Positions 39,921 to 50,447 of a stretch of 64,000 bases of DNA are shown piece after piece. Positions within the stretch are counted from its first letter, which is position 1; each line of letters opens with the position of its first letter. This stretch comes from Heptranchias perlo (Eukaryota). The translations under genes and the position numbers were made by a program. Below the pieces are notes generated by a model. That model searched no databases. It was not told the DNA's origin and was given only the letters and a program-made list of their open reading frames with translations. Location: assembly GCF_035084215.1 (NCBI RefSeq), contig NC_090325.1, positions 112,778,001 to 112,842,000 of the forward strand, given 5' to 3'.

Positions 39921-41766
39921 TTACAAAACCTTTGCCTTATGCTTCCGACTACTTCTACGTGGTGCATCCCCTGTGGCTGCAGCAGAGGTAGTGGCAGGTT
40001 GCTCTTGTTCATGCCCTGACCGATTAGATGCTTTGGGCCGACGCCCTCTGGGTTTGGGTGCCCATGAGGGCCCCTCCAAAGACTGCTCCACTGCACCTGT
40101 GCAGGGGCAGACTCGGCCACCTGGAGAGGAGGCAGCATTGCGGGTACTGGTTGAGAGGGGGGCAACCGGTGAGACATCGGGGCGCTTTGAGTGGCATCCC
40201 CACTTCCATGTACCCTTTCGCCATCTTCCCTCCCCTGTGCCAGGCCCACATCACTCCTTCCACCCTGCTGGACAACAGTTTGGAGGACATGTGTGAAGCC
40301 TTGAAAGGCCAGTGCCAGAGTATCTGCCTGCCTGTTTAAGGCGGCAGAATGTTGTTCACCCTGAGTCCGAAGGGCTGTTGTCAGGGCTTCAATGGACTCA
40401 TTAGTGAGCTGTGGCTTGAAGCTCGATGGAGGCTAGCCTTCCCTCCATCGCAGACATTCCCGCACTTACCCGCGACACTATCTCAGAGATGCCCTCACGT
40501 CCTTGTGACAGTATTCCACTCATGCAGGAGTTGGACTCCTCCATCCTCTGCGCGATTGTGGAGAGTGCGCGTGGCACCTGTTCCAGCACCTCGCAAATGT
40601 GTTGCTGCCCCTCGATCATTCTCCTTTTCATGGATGACCCCCAGGGTTCAGCATCTGTGTCCAGCTGAGCAGAGCCTGGAGAAGAGTGCTCCCACCGACG
40701 CGGACTCTCTGCAGCTGCTCCTGCCACCAGTGTCTGCTTGTGCTCACATGTGTGGTGACTCATCATGTGCGACCCCAACTAACTGAGGACGGGGACCCAC
40801 CGAGGTGTGTGTATCTGTGCTGGTGGATGACTCGCTCAGGTGTGACGGTGCCCCCTCAGAGGCCGGCAGGTCCTCTAAGGAATCGCCCTCCACCGTCACA
40901 GCGGTCGCTGAAGACCCTTTAAGAGAACAGAAGGCAATATTAAGCATGATGACAGATGTTGAGGTGCTGAAGATGGCAAGGCATGTTAACGTCAATTGAT
41001 TTTATGTGTGCTGAAAGTTAAAGTTCTATTACCAGCCATTTGTTGGGTGGCAGTCTCGGTGTCCCCGACGGACAGCCACTCGAGGGTGTGGCTCAGTTCA
41101 AGAGCCTCCTGCTCAGCATCTGTGAGGACGACCTGATGTTGCAGCCCCCCTCCGGTCTTTGCCCGCTCCCATGCATTCTGGGCTCTCTTCTCCTATAAGG
41201 AGAGAAAGTAGAGAGGCGTGAGTGAGGGATGGTGATGTGGCCAACCGCTCAATGCATTGGTTTGGGTGAGGCTGACCGTGAAAGAGGTGCATCAGAGGGT
41301 GAGTATGAGACAGACCCATGACATTGTATGAGGATTGGGTTGAGTGGTAGTGGTGGGATGAGTACTGGGAAGGTGAGGAAGTGCAGGTAAGTTGAGGATG
41401 AGCTTTGAGTGGGTGTGAGGAGTGATGTGATAGAGTGGTGTTGGCAGTGCAGAATGAGTTGGGGGGGGGGTGGGGGCGGTGATGTGGAAGACGGAGTGTA
41501 GGAGAATGAGTAAGTGTACTCACTTAGGATGACCTAGTTAGGTAATTGAAGCGCTTCCTGCACTGGATCCAGGTGCGGGACATGATGTTGCTGCTGCTGC
41601 TGACCTCCTCTGCCACCTCGAGCCAGGCCTTCTTGTTGGCAGAGGCAGGCCACGTCCTCCCATCCGCCGGGTAGAAGACATCCCTCCTCCTCCTCACCCC
41701 ATCCAGTAGGACCTGGAGTGCAGCATCAGTAAATCTGGGAGCAGCCTTTCCCCTTGGTTGCTCCAT
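39921..41766 (-). pseudogene. Harbinger Myb/SANT-like protein gene, multi-exon
   Basis: Exon 1 MEQPRGKAAPRFTDAALQVLLDGV..AWLEVAEEV..RTWIQCRKRFNYLT with a stop at its last codon; donor GTGAGT at 41523; exon 2 from 41192 reads EKRAQNAWERAKTGGG. Confidence 0.85.
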
Positions 41767-42165
41767 TCTATAATTTTGTTTTTTTGCTCTAGGAGCAGCA
41801 TTGGAGGACTGCCCCTTTAAATAGGGCTGCTACAGCTGACAGCCTGTGATGCGGGTGCGCAGTCCGCTCGCTGCGCAGGTTGACGACGGGAATCCAGGAA
41901 TCCACGTTAAGTGGTTTTAATTTACCCGCGATCACTTGAGGAACAGACAGATTTTACTGGGCGGGTTACCCACGTGCCCAATCGCCCGCCCCCCCCCCCC
42001 CCCCCCCCGCTGCCAACCCGCCTCCCTGGTAATATCGGGGCCTTAATCTCTCTTGCCCTCTACCCTATCACAGACCTTCCCTTTTGTTCTTACCTCCCCT
42101 CTCCCTTCCCCCCACTTTCTCTGGCTCTGTACTTGCTTAAAAACTTTAACTCTTTAACATCTTCC

Positions 42166-42202
42166 AGTTCTGACGAAAGGTCTTCGACCTGAAACGTTAA
42201 CT
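42166..42202 (+). ncRNA. Minimal hammerhead ribozyme motif of a different PLE family
   Basis: agtt-CTGACGA-a-aggtc-ttc-gacct-GAAA-cg-TT-aact: helix I, 5-bp helix II, palindromic AACGTT helix III. Confidence 0.78.
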
Positions 42203-44193
42203 CTGTTTCTTTCTCCACAGATGCTGCCTGACTTGCTGAGGTTCACCAGCATTTTCTGTTTTTATTATTAATGAGTAATAGTTGCTCTTGGACCCAGACA
42301 TAAACATCCTCGTTTCATTCATATTTTTAGAATTATGAATTACCTCCTTCCTCCCATGATTGATTTCATGTAGGATTACGTAGCCTGAAAACTAAATGCT
42401 ATAAGCTGTGGAATTTTAATGTAAAGAAGCCCATGGGAGATGACCCAGATCTTGCAGCATTTAGAGAAAGAAGTCATGTCCCAACATCAATAGATTGCCT
42501 CTAAGAAAATGCATCTGAAGATGACCGGTTATGAATGGACTAGAAGGTTTATAATGACCGAGTTATAATGCTATCTCCATACCTGAGTCTGGATGCATTC
42601 TGCAGATGTATTTACAATATCTCTGCATCATCAATGCAACACATCACTGTGCTGAATAAGTCTGCCTTTCAGGGTAAATTCTGAGAGGTGAGGCTCCCTA
42701 TACAGAGCCTCATTTGATTGGAATGTGGTTTTGAGAATTGAGCACAGAGTTCAGCATACCTAACTCATGGTGCTTCTGATTTTCCAGTGAGCAAATTTAG
42801 TCAACGGAAAATCAGGTGCTTATCACTCCTTTCTCTGTCCTACATAATGCTTTGGGATCAGGATCAGGCTCCAAATAAGCAACTGTCTAGTGAAATCTAC
42901 TCAACCTAACTACATTCAAAATGATGACCCTGGACTATCAGAAGTGCTTTTATACTTGTCGATTTGCAATAGTACCTTTCTAACAATGCCAAATAAAAGA
43001 ATGCATCCCCTTTAACTGCTGGTTGTATGCATGCCTGAGAATGGGAGGTGACATTTGTAGCTGGTGGCTACCAGCTTTCTACCAGTAATACTCATTGAGA
43101 AGGCCCCCTAAGGGATGGCAGGTGGGTGGCAGTGCCCAAAAGGTACTCTGCGCCCACTTACAAGTACCCTCACACCCGTTTCTATATACAGTGATGCCTA
43201 GGCTTTGCTTTGGCAGTTGATTAGTGCAGACAGAGCCTCCAAGTCTCTAGGTAGGTTATGACAACAGGGCCAATGGCACAGATATGTGTGAAGGCCAAGT
43301 TAATCGTTATGCTGGATGATTCTTTAGAAGCACTTCAATGAGAGCATGTCCTGCTTTACGTTGTACTACATGGCATGCTGAGGTGATCATCAACCAGCAA
43401 AGCCTGATTGAGCACATCCACCAAAATGGCACCAGCCATATTTGCAGGCACTGTTGCACCCACCTGGAGATTGCTGTGGCAAATTGCCTTCACAGAATCT
43501 AGGTCAGCAGAGCCAGATACAGAGTTCTTTTGCAAGGTGGGCTCTCTCTTGGTGTTGGCGAGCCCTCCGGGAGCCTGCTCTCCCTATGAGATGACCCCTG
43601 ACCCAAGAAACTGGGTTATGGTGGGATGATCGCGGTGGGCAGTAATCCTTCCCTGTTGAAACACTGCCACAGGGAGGAGAATCCAGGCCTATAACTCAGG
43701 CACATTTAGCATCAGTTCTTATACCTTCAGAGACAACTCGCACTTGAAGAGGGAAATTGACCTCCATTGACTTATGTCTGTAACAACTGCATCGTACATT
43801 TGTAATTTCACTCTGGAAAGCTCTTCTCGCTGTTGCCTGAGAAAAAGTTTTCTCCTGAACATCATGTTCTTATGTTATCTTTGTCACTTTAAGAGGGAAG
43901 CTGATATGTGAAACGGCCAGGCCTTCTTTATCCACACCTGTCTTTCCACTGCATTGCTCGTATATCCCAACAGATGCCAAAAATAGTGCAAAGAATCAAA
44001 GACAGCTGAGGAGCAATTCTGCAAATAAGTCCAAGCTTTACTTCCTGATGCTATGATAGCCTGACATACAAATATTTACTTAACGATGAAAAATCAGGGC
44101 TATATGACTGGCATCTGATCCTCCCTGCCCACCTTCTATGTGCCGCACCCAGGCGATCCTTTGCATCCAAGTACAGTAAAAGTTTAACTGAAT

Positions 44194-44620
44194 GGGGCCA
44201 ATTTTAACTGCCTCCACTCGGCATAAATGGGGCAGTTGTGGCATGGAACTGATGTTGGGTCACTTACCGTTCCATTTACACTGGTGCTCCAGCCGTAGCC
44301 ATCCTCAGTAGGATCCTGAAAAGGGTGGTCGAAGTGATTGTCGGTTTCAGGCAGGAGGCCACTTTAATTTGCAAATCGGAGTCCTATGACTTACAACGGA
44401 CCCCAATTGCAATTTTGAGGTTAAAAATGGGCGGAGCATGCGTGACATATGCTCCACCCATTTGTAGAAGCGCTGAGTGGTCTAACCAACAGTCCTTAAA
44501 GGGATCGCTGGAGGCTGTTCAAAAACAGTCCAATGAAATTTTCAACTTTTGTTTTTGTGGGACCAGGAGGAGCAGGATTGCCTTACAAAAATACTCCAGC
44601 CTGCTGCCGGCCCATGTGTG
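44194..44620 (+). mobile_element. Harbinger-type MITE remnant
   Basis: Left end ggggccaattttaac; internal tgtgggaccaggaggagcagga motif shared with other MITEs. Confidence 0.55.
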
Positions 44621-44624
44621 GCAC

Positions 44625-44930
44625 TCTTGGGTTAAGTGTCTTCAAGATGCATCCTATTCCAGTAATTTAGGTGTATAGTAAAGATTCCATGGCACTATTC
44701 AAAGAAGAGCAGAGTTATCCCTGTGTCCTGACCAACATTCGTCCCTCAACCAACACCACCACAAATAATCAGCTTGGAAGGTCATTCATTTCATTGCTGT
44801 ATTTTTGAATGTTGTTGATGTAGAATGTCTTACTTACATTTGCCTCTGTAATAGTATCTGCACTTCAAACGTTATTCATTGTGTGAAGCACTTTAAGTCA
44901 TTTCACATAAGGTGCAATATGCAAGCATTA
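44625..44930 (+). mobile_element. DeuSINE-like copy (SacSINE1/AmnSINE1 type), Deu core plus tail
   Basis: taaagattccatggcactattcaaagaagagcag...tgtcctgaccaacatt..tccctcaaccaacaccac...tcattgctg...gcacttcaaa matches the Deu-domain consensus as I recall it. Confidence 0.7.
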
Positions 44931-45515
44931 TTATCCTGACATACAATAAGCTTGGTTGACAACAGCTTCATATGCTTTCCAAAAGAATCCACTAGATAAT
45001 TCTGTTTCCAGCAGACTCAAATATGGAAAACAATGCTGCGTGATTTAACACTGAGTTACATTGTTTTAACTTTTTAGTGAATAATTCAACTTCTACATAT
45101 TCAGAAAAATTTAACATGTGTTGTATACATGGCAAATTCACAAATCCATTGACAAGCCTATAGACAGCTGCCTTAATCGGATGCTGCTCCCTCACATTTT
45201 GCAGTGTCTTTTGAACATTCCTGAGAGTTAACATGCCATAGTATCATACACAATGGTTGCATAGTTCATCATCTTACCGATCAAACATATATAGTATTAT
45301 GCTAGTCACGTATACATCACATTATATGACTCACATGCACAATGTATTATGCCCTTTACATATATACTGTGCTATACCACTGAAACAACAATGTGTTGTA
45401 TCACTCAGATATTATCTCACACAGATATACCTCACATACAGTGTGCTATATCACTCATGATACCATGTTATATCACTCAAAAAATCAGTACACTGTAAGA
45501 CTCACATATTTAGTT

Positions 45516-46460
45516 TGTTATTTCCACAGGTTGGGGAGTCTAGGACTCGAGGACATAGCCTAAAGATAGGCAGCATTGTAAGCAGTGTAGATGGAAGCAT
45601 AAAATTACAGTGAGATATTAATAGATTAAGTGAATGGGTAAAACTGTGGCAAATGGATTTCAATGTAGGCAAATGGATTTCAATGTAGGCAAGTGTGAGG
45701 ACATCCACTTTGGACCTAAAAAGGATAGATCAGAGTATTTTCTAAATGGTGAAAAGCTCAAAATAGTGGAGGTCCAAAGAGACTTCGGGGTCCGTGTAAA
45801 TGTCATGGACAGGTACAGAAAATAATCAAAAAGGCTAATGGAATGCTGGCCTTTATATCTAGAGAACTAGAATACAAGGGGGTTGAAGTTATGCTACAGC
45901 TATAGAAAGCCCTGGTTAGACCACACCTGGAGTACTGTGTTCAGTTCTGGGCACCACACCTTAGGAAGGATATATTGGCCTTGGAGGGAATGCAGCGTAG
46001 ATTTACTAGAATGATACCTGGACTCTAAGGATTAAATTATGAGGAGAGATTACACAAACTAAGGTTGTATTCCCTGGAATTTAGAAGATTAAGGGGTGAT
46101 TTGATTGAAGTTTTCAAGATATTAAGGGGAACTAATAGAGTAGATAGAGAGAAACTATTTTTGCTGGTTGGAGAGTCTGGCCTAAAAATTAGAGCCAGGA
46201 CTTTCAGGGGTGAAGTTAGGAAACACTTCTACATGCAAAGGGTGGTAGAAGTTTGGAACTCTCTTCCGCAAATGGCAGCTGACGCTAGCTCAGTTGTTCA
46301 TTTAAAACTGAGATTGGTAGATTTTTGTTAACCAAAGATATTAAGGGATATGGGGCTAAGGAGGGTAAATGGAGTTAGGTCACAGATCAGCCAAAATCTC
46401 ATTGAACGGCGGAACAGGCTCGAGGGGCGAAACGGCCTACTCCTGTTCCTATGTTCCTAT
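45516..46460 (+). mobile_element. 5'-truncated CR1 LINE inserted into an AC/AT-rich degenerate simple repeat
   Basis: ctggttagaccacacctggagtactgtgttcagttctggg ([13 protein letters not shown]); ORF 46065..46331 SLEFRRLRGDLIEVFKI; tail tgttcctatgttcctat; internal 20-bp tandem duplication at 45648-45687. Confidence 0.88.
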
Positions 46461-47129
46461 ACCAAATACCCCAAATTCTAACACTCACACATACACTGTG
46501 TTATACCACATCTACCTCACATCTAGCACTCACATATATACTGTGCTGTACTATAGATACCCAACATTATTACACTTACGTGTGCACATGTTATACCACT
46601 TACATATGCACCATGTTGTACACTCATGTATCCATAGCATTATGCCATTCGCTCATATCTTGGTTACAATGCATGCCTGATTTAGCTCTCCAGTTTGCCC
46701 AATATTCACACTGAAATCCCAGTATTCACATAATTTCCAGGTTCAGTGGTATAAATAGAGCAAAAAGCGAACAATGGGGCGGATGAGAAGGGAAAAGGTC
46801 AGGAGCTGGGGTGACCTGCTGCTGTCACTTCAGCATGGTCAAGTAACTGAAATCTGAGTGCTCACAATGAAGTCCCTATTCAGATCCTCACTTTCCTCAC
46901 TTCCTGCCAATTCTGACTCATTTTCAAAAACTGCAAAGAGCCTTGAGGGAAACACATGTATGCAGTTGACCTAATGTCTCTCTTCAAGAGATAGAAGCCA
47001 CCTTTGTGGTGATACTGCATGAGAATGTGACTTTGTCATTCATACTGGGAGAATAGCCAGACTTTATCTGCATGGAGTTAAATCGAACTGCATCATTCTT
47101 CTGTACCCCAGCCTTGAAGCAGCAATAAG

Positions 47130-47227
47130 TAGGCCTACCACCACCTTCTCAAGGGCAACTAGGGATGGGCAATAACTGCTGGCCTTGCCAGGGATGCCCA
47201 CATCCCGAGAATGAGTTTTTAAAAAAA
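47130..47227 (+). mobile_element. Isolated 3' tail of the RTE-X-like LINE or its SINE
   Basis: ccaccaccttctcaagggcaactagggatgggcaataa..gctggccttgccag..gcccacatccc. Confidence 0.85.
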
Positions 47228-48390
47228 TTGGTGCCTCAGAGGTGTAGGACATGGGTTTATGCTCTCATTACCTCATGTATTGAGTTTCCAATCTCACACA
47301 TATCATTAAGGGGCACTGAGTAGAAGTCAGGCATTTCCTCACAGGGAGAGAGAGATAGTCAGAGGGAAATTTATCCCCATGCTCCTCTTGTGGACTTCTA
47401 ATGGCTCGTTTCAGAGCCGCACTGACAGTGGCTTGGGATTGGGGTCACTTGCTCTCTCTTGTATGAACGGAACAAACTTTGTTGGGGAAAGTGGAGATAA
47501 TAACTTAAAAGGAGGGAGTGTCACTTCTCCCCCTGCCCTACACACTCCTGTTAAAAAAAAATAAAGTATGAAAAGCATTCCAAAATATTTTTTACTTTGG
47601 GAAACACTCCAAGTGCAGCATGTTAGAGAGGATGATGTGAGATATGGGTGAGCACCCCCACTGCTTTCATTCATTTCAGTCATTCCTTTCTTCCTTGTAT
47701 TTTTTTGAAGTTCTGTCTCTGAACTACAATTAGCTTTTAATTGATTTGTTCAAAAAGGGCCCACAGGATTTTGTCTTCAAGTGAAGTTACAGTGCTGACA
47801 CCATTACAATGGCCTACTTATTGGAACAGTGTAAACTGTTGTTTTTCTCCTTTATTTGAGTTGTTTCAGTCTTCAGACACAGAAGGTATTATTTTCCTTC
47901 AAAGCAGTAAGGTTAAAGGCTGAAGTCTTATTTGAGGGCTCTTTCAACACCAACTGTGTTTCTCAGCTCTTTGCAGACACAAATGTCAGCACCGAGTTTG
48001 TATGCACCAGACCTCCACACATCCTTGTACTTTGTAAGCCGATATACACACATTTATTTTCTTGTAAAACGTGAGGAAAGATGGAAGCATAATTTAGAGA
48101 AAGAAAACAAGTAACAGTTTCCAACTGCTGAATACGTAAATCCTTTGAGTAATGAAAAGGTATTTCTGTCCCAGAAAGATTGCACTGGGCAAGGTTACAC
48201 TTGTTAGTGAAAAATGACCAATTAAACATGTTTGACTGAGATTTAAATGATGATGCTCCATCAAGCTTGTCCTTTCTTCTTACCTAATTATTATCCCAGT
48301 GGAAGCTGCTGTAAAGTCTCCTTTCAGCAGTTAAACAATTGGGTTCATCCAAATGACCTGCTTCACTTTCATCGTTACTCTCTCCATAAG

Positions 48391-49578
48391 TGTACTGATT
48401 ATGTTACTGGACTAGTAATCCAGAGAACGTGAGTTCAAATCCCATCATGGCAATTTGATAATTTGAATTTAGTTTTAAAAGTCCGAAAATAAAAAAAAGG
48501 CTAGTGTCAGTAAAAGTGACCATGAAGTTGTTGGATTGTTGTAAAAACCCCAACTGGTTCACTAATGTCCTTTAAGGAAGGAAACCTGCCATCTTAACTG
48601 GGCTGGCCTATATGGCCACTTGACATTCAGTGGCATTACCATCACTGAAGCCCCCACCCCATCAACATCCTGGGGGTCACCATTGACCAGAAACTTAACT
48701 GGACCAGCCACATAAATACTGTGGCTACAAGAGCAGGACAGGGGCTGGGTATTCTGTTGCGAGTGACTCACCTCCTGGCTCCCCAAAGCCTTTCCACCAT
48801 CTACAAGGCACAAGTCAGGAATGTGATGGAATTCTTTCCACTTGCCTGGATGAGTGCAGCTCCAACAATACTCAAGAAGCTTGACACCATCCAGGACAAA
48901 GCAACCTGCTTGGTTGGCACCCCATCCACCACCCTAATCATTCATTCCCTCCACCATCGACGCACTGTGGCTGCAGTGTGTACCATCTACAAGATGCACT
49001 GCAGCAACTCGCCAAGGCTTCTTTGACAGCACCTCCCAAACCCACGACCTCTACCACCTAGAAGGACAAGGGCAGCAGGCACATGGGAACAACACCACCT
49101 GCACGATCCCCTTCAAGTCACACACCATCCTGGCCTTGAAATATATCGCCGTTCCTTCATCATCTCTGGGTCAAAATCCTGGAACTCCCTTCCTAACAGC
49201 ACTGTGGGAGAACCTTCACCACACAGACTGCAGCGGTTCAAGAAGGCGGCTCACCACCACCTTCTCAAGGGCAATTAGGGATGGGCAATAAATGCTGGCC
49301 TTGCCAGCGACGCCCACATCCCATGAATGAATAAAAAAAATATATGACTCCAGTCCCACACCAACCTGGTTGACTCTTAACTGCCCTTTGTAGTGGCCTA
49401 GCAAGCTATTTAGTTGTATCAGACTGTTACAGAGTATCATTGTGGAAGTACCTTCATCACACAGACTGCAATGGTTCAAGAAGAAGGCCCACCACCACCT
49501 TCTCAGGGCAACTAGGGGTGGGCAATAAATGCCCGCTTTTCTAGCGATGCCCACATCCTGAGAATGAATTAAAAATAA
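48391..49578 (+). mobile_element. tRNA-headed SINE (48391-48614 plus 49341-49578) with LINE-related body and tail, split by a LINE insertion
   Basis: B box GTTCAAATCC at 48433-48442; body matches the LINE 5' region 12535-12662(-); tail 49440-49578 matches the LINE 3' end. Confidence 0.8.
48615..49340 (+). mobile_element. 5'-truncated RTE-X-like LINE copy nested in the SINE
   Basis: ORF 48721..49026 IYKAQVRNVMEF..SLHHRRTVAAVCTIYKMHC; A tail; direct repeat tatatg at 48609-48614 and 49341-49346. Confidence 0.88.
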
Positions 49579-50447
49579 GAGAGCCAAAAGCTATCTTTGT
49601 CATTTCAATCTTAAGGGTCTCAGCCTCATCTCCCTCTACTTATGAGACAGCCAGACAAGCAAGTGGGAGCATGAGTAGGCAGTCGGCCAGTCAGTGCAAA
49701 CCTGGGTCTTCATTCTCCTGAATCAGATTTGTACCTTCAGAACAAGTTTTCTTTTTGGCTGATCACTTAGTATACTGATTCAAACAACAGTTGTCTAAGG
49801 CTGCATTCACACACCCTGTTTAGCATCGCCGCCAAGAAACCGCTTCCCAGTCTATGGTGAGCGATTCAATCTCCATCCTGACTGTCTAACCCAAGCACCT
49901 GGTGCTTCTAGAACTAAACTGCAGAATCTAGAACTGCAGTTTGGGTCCCAAGTGCAAAGTTCAGCATGGCTAGAGGGGGAAGGATTTTAAATGTACCTGA
50001 TATCATTCCTCAATGAAGGATCCCCCTCGGATTATGTTTAAAATAATCATCATGCCTCCAAATTATACATGCGTTAAAGGAATGGTTGGTATGTTTACGT
50101 TGTGACATTGTGTCTACGTTACATCTTCATCAGAGAAACTCTCACAAAATCTGACTGGGTTTCAGAGGTGCAGGTGTCAATGGCATCTCCAAAGCTGAAG
50201 CAAACTTGGGAGAAAATCCATCCACGTTCCATTGTTGGTGTGAAAATGCATCCTGAATCACTTGCTTGGTCAGATATTCCAGTTAAGGTCATAAATAAAT
50301 TCAGTTGCAGAAAAATGGAGACTGTTCTGGTTAGTCTCTATAATAGTGATTACTGATATGTGTAACTAAAAGATAGCCCACTGGTGAAAGGAAATATTCC
50401 TCAGTTTATTAGCATGCTTGTAAAGTGGGACTTTAGGTCAGTTACTT

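Larger units (their letters stand above)
37866..42042 (+). mobile_element. PIF/Harbinger DNA transposon, family B, full length (about 4.18 kb)
   Basis: Imperfect TIRs gggaccgatttt / aatatcggggcc at a TT(A) target; transposase on + and Myb gene on -. Confidence 0.92.
37806..42267 (+). mobile_element. Penelope-like pseudo-LTR remnant (37806-37865 plus 42043-42267) split by Harbinger B
   Basis: 17-bp TSD ttaatgagtaat(t/a)gttg at 37789-37805 and 42268-42284; halves rejoin as ...cccttttgtcatttaatctctc...; hammerhead motif near the 3' end. Confidence 0.75.

Noticed and set aside
47977-48033. 57-nt AG...GTAAG bounded segment
   Set aside because: Splice signals are plausible but no frame resembles a known protein; such matches are expected by chance in 64 kb
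48391-48450. Possible tRNA gene
   Set aside because: Only a B box and a degenerate A box with no cloverleaf; it is a SINE head
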